Part shown: in pieces, positions 18,121 to 27,165 of the stretch
Layout of the letters: every line of letters begins with the position of its first letter
How positions within the stretch are numbered: position 1 is the stretch's first letter
Assembly: GCA_016198685.1 (NCBI GenBank)
Contig: JACQID010000006.1
Coordinates: 192,001-256,000 of the forward strand
Source of the DNA: Candidatus Aenigmatarchaeota archaeon
Lineage (GTDB): Archaea; Aenigmatarchaeota; Aenigmatarchaeia; GW2011-AR5
DNA: 64,000 nucleotides
Reading direction: 5' to 3'
Program-made: the position numbers and the translations under genes
Notes under the pieces: generated by a model
The model's database searches: none
The model's input: the letters and a program-made list of their open reading frames with translations, nothing else
Told to the model about the DNA's origin: nothing

Positions 18121-18984
18121 CTATTCGAGCATTCTGACGGAATCTATAGTGCCGTCGCCGTCTTCGTCGATCCCTTCGACAATGGCATAGCCTTTTTCGA
18201 GCTCCTGCTTATAGCGAAATATGGCAAGTATTGCGGCCTTTGTACCGGAATGCCTTCTGCCTGCAAGCAGGAGTATGCTGGCGTCTTTGTTAAGAGGATT
18301 TTTTGCTTTGATTAGAAATCCGACATCGTCTGATTTGTAAGTCTTTCCGGTGTATGAAGAATATATGTTGCTCCCTGCAAAACGTACAGGCAAGGAAGGG
18401 TTCACGAGTTTTGTTACCTTGTTTGTAACAGGCCCGCCCACTATTACGAGGTTATCGTTCATTTCTTCTTTGCCTATGCCTGTATCAAGCAGGACCGAAG
18501 GCGACGCATTGGCTATGCAGGAGCCGATGAAAAGCGCCAAGTCTACTGCATAATAAGCATCACGCGATCTTGCCTTCTCAGGGCCGTGGGGATCAGGGGA
18601 GCCTATGACGATCTTCGCGTTTAGAATGCCGTTTTTTATGAAAGCGGAAAGGAAGCCGGAATATGACGGAGGTCGTTCTGCCGGGACAAAATCTGCAAAG
18701 CGCATCACAAAGGCAGGCCTCGTGAGAGAATAGATTTTTGCGACAGCGCCCCCTATAGCCTCGTGCCGTTCGGCGCGGATAATTTTCATTTTCTCCATTT
18801 TCCGCATATGATAGTATATTTTCTGCTCGTCTTCTTTCAAGAAACGTGATATTTCTTTCGGATATGAAGGCTTCTTTGCAAGATGCTGAAGGATCCTTAT
18901 TGCGAGCTTTGATCGCGGAAATTCCTCAATCTCTTTCGCCGCGATCAACTCCTTTCCGTTTTTATAATCCCGTACTACGAACAT
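18121..18984 (-). CDS. ArsR-like wHTH regulator fused to S-layer-C-like domain
   Basis: ILQHLAKKPSYPKEISRFLKEDEQKIYYHMRKME wHTH; C-terminal NLVIVGGPVTNK and LLAGRRHSGTKAA. Confidence 0.75.
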   Translation of the reverse strand: MFVVRDYKNGKELIAAKEIEEFPRSKLAIRILQHLAKKPSYPKEISRFLKEDEQKIYYHMRKMEKMKIIRAERHEAIGGAVAKIYSLTRPAFVMRFADFVPAERPPSYSGFLSAFIKNGILNAKIVIGSPDPHGPEKARSRDAYYAVDLALFIGSCIANASPSVLLDTGIGKEEMNDNLVIVGGPVTNKVTKLVNPSLPVRFAGSNIYSSYTGKTYKSDDVGFLIKAKNPLNKDASILLLAGRRHSGTKAAILAIFRYKQELEKGYAIVEGIDEDGDGTIDSVRMLE

Positions 18985-19065
18985 ATTATCACTAAAAATT
19001 ACTTTTTACTGATATTATAAATTTTTTACTATAAGTATTTAAAAGGCCTGAGTTCATGTAAAACG

Positions 19066-20223
19066 ATGAAAATAATATTTTTTGCCGCCGGAAAAGGCGA
19101 AAGAATGATGCCTTTGACGCAAGATTCATCAAAAGTCATGCTGCCGGTTGGCAATAAGCCGTTTATTCAATGGTCCTTGGAAGCTGCAGGAAAGATAGGG
19201 CCTATAAGCATTGTTTGCAGAGCCGACCAGAAAGATGTGCAATTTCTAGCCCGGAGCATCGGCGCGGAAATCATAATCCAGGAAAAGCCGCTTGGCACTT
19301 TGGATGCATTGAAATCCTGTAAGCCGCACGTTGCAGGCGATTTCTTGCTCGTCAATGGTGACTGCATGTTTTCAGAGAAAGACATGATAAAAATTGCGTC
19401 ATGCAACGCCAATGCCATGGGAATCCTGCGCGTACAATCAGTGAAGAATTTCGGTGCCGTGGAATCTTCAGGCGGGATCCTGCAACGCATACGCGAAAAG
19501 CCTTCCGAAGGCGGGGAAGGATTTGCAAATGCGGCCATATACCGTTTCACCAAAGATATATTTGATTATATAGGTGCGCCTATCTCCAAGAGGGGCGAGT
19601 ACGAACTTACCGATGCTATAAATACCATGGCAAAACGCTTCAATATACAGACCATCGAAGTTCCGAGCTGGATTACGCTGACATACCCTTGGGATATTCT
19701 TGACGTGAATCAGAAGGTTCTTGACAGTTTCGGTAGCGTGATAGCCAAAGGCGCGGAAATAAGGAGCGGGTGCGTCATAGAAGAGCCGGTGGCAATAGAC
19801 GAAGGGGCAGTAATAGGCCCGAACTCTTACATAAGAAAATATTCGTCAATAGGGAAAGGCTGCCATATAGGAAATGCAGTCGAAATCAAAAGTTCTGTAA
19901 TAATGGAAGGAAGCAAAATACCGCATCTTTCGTATGTGGGCGACTCCATTGTCGGGAAAAGATGCAATCTTGGAGCAGGCTTCATCAGTGCAAACCTGCG
20001 GCTCAATGAGCAGAACGTAGGCTCGCTCGTTAAGGGAGTTGCTGTTGATAGCGGCAGGAAAAAGCTGGGCGCGATAATAGGTGATGATGTTAAGACAGGC
20101 GTGCGCGTATCGGTCATGCCGGGCAAGAAGATATGGCCGGGCATTGCAGTGCCCGCAGGAGCTATAATAAAAAATGATGTTGAAAAGCAGCCGAATATAT
20201 CGAAAATGGGGAAAGTGATATAG
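19066..20223 (+). CDS. glmU: bifunctional sugar-1-phosphate nucleotidylyltransferase/acetyltransferase (archaeal GlmU)
   Basis: AAGKGERMMPLT..SKVMLPV, RGEYELTD, hexapeptide repeats, HLSYVGDS, KLGAIIGD. Confidence 0.9.
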   Translation: MKIIFFAAGKGERMMPLTQDSSKVMLPVGNKPFIQWSLEAAGKIGPISIVCRADQKDVQFLARSIGAEIIIQEKPLGTLDALKSCKPHVAGDFLLVNGDCMFSEKDMIKIASCNANAMGILRVQSVKNFGAVESSGGILQRIREKPSEGGEGFANAAIYRFTKDIFDYIGAPISKRGEYELTDAINTMAKRFNIQTIEVPSWITLTYPWDILDVNQKVLDSFGSVIAKGAEIRSGCVIEEPVAIDEGAVIGPNSYIRKYSSIGKGCHIGNAVEIKSSVIMEGSKIPHLSYVGDSIVGKRCNLGAGFISANLRLNEQNVGSLVKGVAVDSGRKKLGAIIGDDVKTGVRVSVMPGKKIWPGIAVPAGAIIKNDVEKQPNISKMGKVI

Positions 20224-21945
20224 ATGTGCGGAATCGTGGGATTTGCGTTCAGAGATTCCTTTGAGATTAAGGATAGCGTGAAAGCGCTCAAGAGGCTTGA
20301 GTACAGGGGCTATGATTCTTTTGGGTATGCCGACAATAATGGCGTTGTCGGAAAACATGTGGGCGAAATAGCCATCGATAAAGTCCCTGCATTAAATACG
20401 AAAATTGCAATAACGCACACGCGATGGAGCACACACGGGGGCGTGACAGAAATGAATGCGCATCCCCATACAGATTGCTCAGGAAAAATAGCCATAGTGC
20501 ACAACGGGATCATAAGCAATTATAGGGAAATAAGGGAAGAAATGGAAAAGGCAGGCCATGCATTCAAGTCGCAGACAGATAGCGAGGCTATAGCTCATTT
20601 TTTTGAAAACAAAAACATCAAAGATGCTGCTCCGGAATTTTTCTCCAAATTCCAGGGGGAATTTGCAGTGCTTCTTGTAAAAAAGGCGGAAGAAAAAATA
20701 TATGCGTTTAAACGGGGCTCTCCGCTTGTGCTTGGGATTGCGCCAGAGGGCAATATACTTGCGAGTGACATCTATGCGTTTTCGGACAGGACAAACAGAG
20801 CCGTATTCTTCAATGAAGACGAATTTGCAGAAATAACTTCAGAAGGATTCACGTTCTATTCCATAACAGATACTACAATTCCTATCGAGAAGGAAATCAC
20901 GGTATTTTCATGGAAAGAAGGCGAGGAACTCGGGGAATATCCTCACTATATGATAAAAGAAATAAAGGAAATACCGCGCGCAGCGAGCCGGCTTCTTCTT
21001 TCTCTTGGCGGAGAGCAGAAACCTGCAGTTGAAAAAGTGGTTAGAATGCTAAAGGATGCCAAGCGGGTAATATTCGTGGCATCAGGAAGTTCATATCATG
21101 CTGCACTGATAGGCGTACAATTCCTGGCACGTGCCGGCATGGAAGCGCGTGCAGTAGTAGCTTCTGAATTCAGGAGCTTCATGCTTCTTGATGAAAATAC
21201 GGTTGCCGTGGCAGTGTCGCAATCCGGAGAAACCATGGATGTCATAGAAGCGATGCGCGGCATAAAGGCAAAGGGCGTTAAGATAGCTTCTCTTGTCAAT
21301 GTCCCTTACTCGACTGTACAGAGGATGTCCAATGCCCACCTGAACATAGGTGCAGGGCAGGAAGTCTGCGTTGCAGCCACGAAGACATTCATCAATCAGG
21401 TGATAACTATGGCATACATGGCATCAATGCTCGGATACAGGGCGGATTTTGCTTCCCTGAATGACTGCATAACAAAAGCGCTGTTGCAGGAAGAACGAAT
21501 AAAGGAGATAGCCGCAGAACTGAAAGATGAGAGAGACATTTACATTCTGGGAAGAGGAGTCTGTTATCCTGTCGCAAGGGAGATAGCGCTCAAGCTCAAG
21601 GAGATCGCCTATGTGCATGCCGAAGGCATGATGGCAGGCGAGCTGAAGCACGGCACGCTAGCGCTCATAGAAAAGGGGACGCCAGTCATATGTCTGATGC
21701 CAAAAAATGACAAAGATATAGTCTCAAGCGCCGAGGAAGTAAAGGCGCGTGGCGCTAAAGTCATATCTTTTACAAGCAACGGCTACGATAGTGAAGAAGG
21801 CGTGAAAATAAATGCCACAGATGCAGCGACTTTCGCTATTGCATCTGCCATAGTCGGACAAATTCTTACATATTATATCGCCATGGGGAAAGGGCTGCCG
21901 ATTGACAAGCCCAGAAATCTTGCAAAAAGCGTTACCGTAAAATAG
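20224..21945 (+). CDS. glmS: glutamine--fructose-6-phosphate aminotransferase
   Basis: MCGIVG, LEYRGYDS, HTRWSTHG, SQSGET, ELKHG, DKPRNLAKSVTV. Confidence 0.98.
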   Translation: MCGIVGFAFRDSFEIKDSVKALKRLEYRGYDSFGYADNNGVVGKHVGEIAIDKVPALNTKIAITHTRWSTHGGVTEMNAHPHTDCSGKIAIVHNGIISNYREIREEMEKAGHAFKSQTDSEAIAHFFENKNIKDAAPEFFSKFQGEFAVLLVKKAEEKIYAFKRGSPLVLGIAPEGNILASDIYAFSDRTNRAVFFNEDEFAEITSEGFTFYSITDTTIPIEKEITVFSWKEGEELGEYPHYMIKEIKEIPRAASRLLLSLGGEQKPAVEKVVRMLKDAKRVIFVASGSSYHAALIGVQFLARAGMEARAVVASEFRSFMLLDENTVAVAVSQSGETMDVIEAMRGIKAKGVKIASLVNVPYSTVQRMSNAHLNIGAGQEVCVAATKTFINQVITMAYMASMLGYRADFASLNDCITKALLQEERIKEIAAELKDERDIYILGRGVCYPVAREIALKLKEIAYVHAEGMMAGELKHGTLALIEKGTPVICLMPKNDKDIVSSAEEVKARGAKVISFTSNGYDSEEGVKINATDAATFAIASAIVGQILTYYIAMGKGLPIDKPRNLAKSVTVK

Positions 21946-21987
21946 CATATACAGCTTGTTTTATAAAAACTCATAACTTATTATGTT

Positions 21988-22692
21988 ATGGAGAGACACC
22001 ATCATCTTATTCTTTGGGATATCGGAGGAGTGCTCCTCAGGCTCAATTACGGCGAATTCTACGATGAAGGTGCCAGGCTTTCAGGAACGCTCACCCCTGA
22101 GCAGTTCAAAGACGCGTATATAGAGTCAAGAATCGACTATCGCGCAATGAAAGGCGTGCTTGACAAGGCCATGTTTATTTCCGAGCTCCGAAGGATTCTG
22201 AAAAGGCCTATTGCAGAGCAGGATGTAAAGAATTTTCTAAAGCTCTCGCTTGGCAGGCCATATCCTCCTACCTTAGAACTTAAGGAACGTGCCCATCGTT
22301 CAGGATATCCCGTAGGCGTGTTATCGAATGCATCGCAAATAGTTCATGAGATACTTAAGGAGGATTTTCCGGAAACGATTGAAACATTTTCTCGGGAGAA
22401 TCCCGCGGTGTTTTCTTACCAAGTTGGATCTGTAAAGCCCGAGGACGAAATTTACAAGGCGGTTCCCAAATTCGATGAAGTTACGTTCATAGACGACAAA
22501 GTGTCTTATGTGAAGAAAGCCATAGATGATTTCGGATGGAACGGGATATTGTTCACTCCTATCATAGACAAGCATGAAGCAATCAGGGCCGAACACAATG
22601 ACGTAAGAAAACCCCTGAAGAATTTTGCAGAAGCCGGCTCTACGGAGCAGCTTGTCGAGGCATTAAACCGGTTCGGCATCTCCCTGCTTTGA
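21988..22692 (+). CDS. HAD-superfamily hydrolase (YihX-like)
   Basis: LWDIGGVL, LSN, KP, FIDD motifs. Confidence 0.85.
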   Translation: MERHHHLILWDIGGVLLRLNYGEFYDEGARLSGTLTPEQFKDAYIESRIDYRAMKGVLDKAMFISELRRILKRPIAEQDVKNFLKLSLGRPYPPTLELKERAHRSGYPVGVLSNASQIVHEILKEDFPETIETFSRENPAVFSYQVGSVKPEDEIYKAVPKFDEVTFIDDKVSYVKKAIDDFGWNGILFTPIIDKHEAIRAEHNDVRKPLKNFAEAGSTEQLVEALNRFGISLL

Positions 22693-24339
22693 CTTTTCTA
22701 TCGACTGCATCTCGAAAAGTTTCTTCACGCGCTTTATGTTGTCGGCATCTGCCGGTCCCTTGTCATAGCGTATGCGTTTGAGGCGCGGGAAACGCAATGC
22801 CATGCCGCTGCCATAAGTTGGCGATTTCTGTATTTCTTCATACGCGACTTCCACGACTATTTCAGGGCTGACTTCTGCAATTCGGTCCTGCTCCCGGATC
22901 ACCGCTTTCTTCAGCATCTGCGTCAGTTTTTCCAATTCTTCTTCTGTAGTGCCTGATGCCATCTTGCCTATTTCAACTAATTTTTCTTTCTTCTCATCCC
23001 ATACAGAAAGAAGGAATGAGCCGTACCATGCAGAACGCTTGCCCTCGCCAACTATGGCTTTTGTGATAATGCAGTCAAGGGTTTCCATAATTTCCTTGAC
23101 CTTAAGCCAGTATCCGACTCTCTTTCCCGGCTGGTAAGGAGCTTCAATGTTCTTCACCATGACGCCCTCCTGCCCGGCAGACAGTGCCTTCTGGTAAAAA
23201 GCATTCGCTTCCTCGTAATCAGTAGTTTCCAGATGCTCGGCAAAGCCGAACCCGGCGAGAGGTTTCACTGTTTCCTTGAGCTTCATCCACCGTTCCTTTA
23301 ATGGCGATCGCATGAGGTTCTCGCCATCGAGATAAATGATATCGAACATCCTTACATGAACAGGAATTTCTCTGACCATTTCGTCTATCGAATGCTTCCT
23401 TTGTATTCTTCGTGAAAGCATCTGAAACGGAAGCGGATTGCCTTCTTTGCTTATGGCAACGACCTCTCCCTCTGCTATAGACTGTTTTGCACGCATGGAC
23501 TCACGTGCACGTGCAACGATTTCAGGGAACTGGCGTGAAACTTCCTCAAGATTACGGGAAAATATTTTCACATCAGAATTTTTCTTGTGTATTTGAATGC
23601 GAAATCCGTCGTATTTGGTTTCAACTGCAGAACTTTCAAATTTCTCAAGGGCCGTCTTGAGATCTGCAGCCCTTTCGGCAAGCATCATGCGGACAGGAAC
23701 GAAAACTTCCATCTTTGCGGTCTTTCCCTCGGCTGCCATAGCTGCGACCCTGCCAAAATCGCCGGTGACGTCGAAAAGGTGCTCAACTTCTTTAGGATCG
23801 CGTGAGAATGCCTTGGCTATGGCATCTCTTACTGTTCCCGCAGCAACGCCTACGCGCATCTCCCCAAGCACAGTCCTTACTATGTATCTAGCCTCTTTCG
23901 GGGATGCAGCGGACAGAAGTTCGGAAATCAAAGCTATCTTCTTTTCACGCGATCCCTTGCCCTGCATGCCGGGAAGTTTCTTGATATTCTCGACTACTTT
24001 TCGGGCAGTAAGATTTCTATGGCCAAGAGTATTCTGTTTTCTGCTTTTCATGAGTTGTTCTGAAGTAAGGCCGAGATCGCCGGTTTCCCTGAAGACTGCA
24101 TCAAGCTCCTTTTCGGATGCGCCTGTCACATTAATGATTATCTTTTTCATGAGTTCCGATGCGACACCAAGGTTTTCCTGGCCTGAAGGGAATACCTGGC
24201 CTAAAGAAAGCAACACTGTATCATATAGTTCATCTTTCGTCGTCTTGGAATAGAATTCGCTTAATATATCACGTTTCTGCAGTTTCTTCGTTGTGGACTC
24301 AAGCTTCCCGTAGGAATCTGCGAGATCTGAATAATCCAT
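22663..24339 (-). CDS. lig: ATP-dependent DNA ligase
   Basis: KYDGFR, EGEVV, EGVMVK, WLKVK, ALRFPR. Confidence 0.98.
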   Translation of the reverse strand: MDYSDLADSYGKLESTTKKLQKRDILSEFYSKTTKDELYDTVLLSLGQVFPSGQENLGVASELMKKIIINVTGASEKELDAVFRETGDLGLTSEQLMKSRKQNTLGHRNLTARKVVENIKKLPGMQGKGSREKKIALISELLSAASPKEARYIVRTVLGEMRVGVAAGTVRDAIAKAFSRDPKEVEHLFDVTGDFGRVAAMAAEGKTAKMEVFVPVRMMLAERAADLKTALEKFESSAVETKYDGFRIQIHKKNSDVKIFSRNLEEVSRQFPEIVARARESMRAKQSIAEGEVVAISKEGNPLPFQMLSRRIQRKHSIDEMVREIPVHVRMFDIIYLDGENLMRSPLKERWMKLKETVKPLAGFGFAEHLETTDYEEANAFYQKALSAGQEGVMVKNIEAPYQPGKRVGYWLKVKEIMETLDCIITKAIVGEGKRSAWYGSFLLSVWDEKKEKLVEIGKMASGTTEEELEKLTQMLKKAVIREQDRIAEVSPEIVVEVAYEEIQKSPTYGSGMALRFPRLKRIRYDKGPADADNIKRVKKLFEMQSIEKSKQGDAEPV

Positions 24340-24688
24340 GCTAAAATAAGGCGGCAGCGCCTTAAATGCTTCAACCTTGAGGAATATACTCTTGACATCC
24401 TCTGCGGCGGCTTATTCTTACTATGTGCGGATTGGACGACACGTGAGTCAGATATATGGATGTAATTTACATATTTTGCATCGCGTCTTTCAAGGCCGTC
24501 AGAATAAAATTCTTTCTCTTCGTCTTGGGCTTCCATTATTTGAGCTTGAGGGAGTTATATTTTCAGGGGCTTAGCGTGCTGTTCGTTCCCAAAACATAGA
24601 CTACTATCTATAATTAAGGGCAATCATGCATAAAAACGGGCTCAAACAACCTTTATAAAAATTGCTGTCAATAGAGGAAGGTGCTAAT

Positions 24689-25318
24689 ATGGCCGTAAAG
24701 AAACAATGGTATGATATAGTAACTCCTAAGGCATTCGGAGAAGTAGTGGTAGGGGAAACGCTTGCTGCCGACCCGAAATTTCTGCTTGGAAGGACGCTTA
24801 ATGTAAGCTTTGCAGAGCTTTCCAATGACTTTGGAAAATATTACATAAAAGCCATCTTTCAGATAGAGGCTACAGAAGGACAGAAAGCGAAAACGAAATT
24901 CATAGGCCACGAATGCATGAGAGAACGCCTGTATAGGATGGTGCAGCGCGGGTCCAAGAAAGTTGAAGCTATTCAGGATGTTGAAACTAAGGACGGCATG
25001 CCCATAAGAGTCAAAAGCATAATCATACTGAGAAGCAACGCAGGCACTTCTGTCAAGAATGCAGCAAGAAACGCGATGAAGGAAACTGTGATTGCAGTTG
25101 CGAAAGAAACGGAAGCGGAAAAATTCATAGGCATGATGCTTGCCGGCGAATTACAGGCTAAATTAAGACAGGAATGTAAGAAAATCACGCCTGTGATTAA
25201 CGTTGAAATAAGGAAAAGCGAAGTTCTCGGCCAGAGAAAGATAATAGAAGGCGAAGAGCACAAGGCTCTTCTTGTCGCCCAGGCCAAGGAGCAAGCTGAA
25301 CAGGCCGAAGCTCAGTAA
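24689..25318 (+). CDS. rps3ae: 30S ribosomal protein S3Ae (eS1)
   Basis: KQWYDIVTP, GRTLNVS, TKFIGHE, EIRKSEV. Confidence 0.95.
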   Translation: MAVKKQWYDIVTPKAFGEVVVGETLAADPKFLLGRTLNVSFAELSNDFGKYYIKAIFQIEATEGQKAKTKFIGHECMRERLYRMVQRGSKKVEAIQDVETKDGMPIRVKSIIILRSNAGTSVKNAARNAMKETVIAVAKETEAEKFIGMMLAGELQAKLRQECKKITPVINVEIRKSEVLGQRKIIEGEEHKALLVAQAKEQAEQAEAQ

Positions 25319-25704
25319 GGCGTATCGTAATTTTTAAAATATCTGCTGCAAAACTGCCTCAAGTTCTTGGCGAGCTTATGTTCGCCAAGCATATTTATGG
25401 GCAGCCATATCATTTCGCCAAAGATCTCCGGCTCCATGATATCGGGTTCGCCCTCTATTATCTTTGCTAGGAAAATATGGCCTCTTAATTCCTTGTCCTG
25501 ATAACTTACATCATCATAGCCGCCGTATTGCAATATCTGTACGGTGCATCCGATTTCTTCCTTGGCTTCGCGTACGGCTGCCTGTTCAGCGGTTTCTCCC
25601 GGTTCAATCTTGCCGCCCGGAAGCTCATAGTGAGAATGCTTTTTCTTCCAAAGCAATAGAAGCTTGCCGTCTTTGATTATGGCGCAGCCTGCTATTTCTA
25701 TCAT
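25312..25704 (-). CDS. NUDIX hydrolase
   Basis: Nudix box GGKIEPGETAEQAAVREAKEEIG. Confidence 0.93.
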   Translation of the reverse strand: MIEIAGCAIIKDGKLLLLWKKKHSHYELPGGKIEPGETAEQAAVREAKEEIGCTVQILQYGGYDDVSYQDKELRGHIFLAKIIEGEPDIMEPEIFGEMIWLPINMLGEHKLAKNLRQFCSRYFKNYDTPY

Positions 25705-25734
25705 GCAAAACAATGGCCGCGAGGGTTAAAAGAA

Positions 25735-25941
25735 TTATCGTTGTTCAACGTTGGCGGCTGAAGATATCCACAAGACACCTGCAGAGAGGAACATTACAAG
25801 CGCGAGGATTAGGGCTACGCCAAAGCTTACCGGGGTAGTTCCTTCAACCCATTCTATATTGCCGGCTATTAATGCGCCGATCATCATGGCAAAAGAACCA
25901 AGTATCCATAGGCCGTGTACATGGAAGTCAAACCCCGTCAT
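25735..25941 (-). CDS. small 2-TM membrane protein
   Basis: Two hydrophobic helices; ATGA overlap with the upstream gene. Confidence 0.8.
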   Translation of the reverse strand: MTGFDFHVHGLWILGSFAMMIGALIAGNIEWVEGTTPVSFGVALILALVMFLSAGVLWISSAANVEQR

Positions 25942-27125
25942 TTCTTGCCCCTCTTCTTGTCGGCAACTACAGTCGACATATCCTTCACGAATCTTCGGAC
26001 GTATTCGCGCATGAGTTCTATATCCCTTTGCGGAATCTCGCCTGTGCGGTCCTCGTCAAGCATCTTTCTCATGGACACGACGCGCTTGAGCACTTCATCA
26101 TAGAATTGGTCCAGCCTGCCTGCATCTATAAGATGCGTCTTTATAGCGCCAGGCAGATCCTTCGGGTCGGGAGGAAGCTTGTCTATGTTTTTGAGGCCGG
26201 CGACAGCCGCCTTGATCATTACCTCATAATTGCGCTGCACGAGATCTTTCTTTCTGTTCTTCTGCAGATGCAGAAGCATCTGCTCCATGCGCGAAACGAA
26301 GTTCTTGGATTTTTGTATGAAGTCGTCAAGCTGCACGCCTGTGATGTCCTTTATCTCCTTGTGTTCGACGCGCTTGCGGAAGTCTATGACGCTTTCCAGA
26401 TCCCTCAGGTAATTTTCTTCCAACAGCTTCGCGTCAACTAAATGCTCCTTGACGCTATCGGTTGTATGCTTGGGCGATGGAGGATTGAGACCCATATACA
26501 TAAGCACGGCTTGGGATGAATTGAGCATGGCATAATAAACGTCTTCTGCGACCATGTAGAGCTTTGCCGTTTCCACGCGCGTGATCTTCTGGGGAGCGGA
26601 TTCCATGAATTTTTCAACCGCCTCCAGTGTTGTGGGTATTTTCCCGTATTCCAGGAGCTTTCTTACAGGTATCCAGAAGCCTGTATCATACAGTGCCCAG
26701 CCGTCCCTGACTATTGTATAAAGTAATGGATGCCCGATCCTTGCCATATCCCAGAATTCCGTTAACGTCCAAGCTGGTTGAACCACTATATCTTCGGAAA
26801 GTTTCTTGCCCATGGAATAAAGATCGTCATCAAATCTCGCCTTCATCTCAGGCGTGAATCTTGATAGAGTATCGTCTATTATAACAAGCATGTCTATATC
26901 GCTTTTCTTGTGAAAGTCCGTTCTTGTGAACGATCCAAAGAGCACTACTGCCTTCACGATATCCTTGTATTTTTTGAGGATTTCGTCCTTGTATTTATTT
27001 GCTATAGCAAGTTGTTTTTTCCTGAATTCTTCAAGCGGTTTGTTCTCTATAGATGCTGGCTGCTCTCCGTTTTGGACAGGCGTCTTGACCTTCTTCGTTT
27101 TCTTGACTGCTTTCTTGGTAGGCAT
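25938..27125 (-). CDS. nucleotidyltransferase (MNT/pol-beta) - HEPN fusion protein (likely start 27125)
   Basis: LFGSFTR....KSDIDMLVIIDD (GS-x10-DxD); YYAMLNSSQAVL and RKRVEH (Rx4H). The longer track ORF overlaps the upstream gene. Confidence 0.85.
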   Translation of the reverse strand: MPTKKAVKKTKKVKTPVQNGEQPASIENKPLEEFRKKQLAIANKYKDEILKKYKDIVKAVVLFGSFTRTDFHKKSDIDMLVIIDDTLSRFTPEMKARFDDDLYSMGKKLSEDIVVQPAWTLTEFWDMARIGHPLLYTIVRDGWALYDTGFWIPVRKLLEYGKIPTTLEAVEKFMESAPQKITRVETAKLYMVAEDVYYAMLNSSQAVLMYMGLNPPSPKHTTDSVKEHLVDAKLLEENYLRDLESVIDFRKRVEHKEIKDITGVQLDDFIQKSKNFVSRMEQMLLHLQKNRKKDLVQRNYEVMIKAAVAGLKNIDKLPPDPKDLPGAIKTHLIDAGRLDQFYDEVLKRVVSMRKMLDEDRTGEIPQRDIELMREYVRRFVKDMSTVVADKKRGKK

Positions 27126-27165
27126 ATTATTACTTGAGAAGGGGTTATAAGAATTTATCGCTTTT

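Noticed and set aside
10279-24253. Long antisense ORFs (e.g. 10279-10947, 19846-20358, 23597-24253)
   Set aside because: Shadow frames opposite well-supported genes.
24261-24574. ORFs in the lig-rps3ae gap
   Set aside because: They overlap the ligase start or lack motifs; unsupported.
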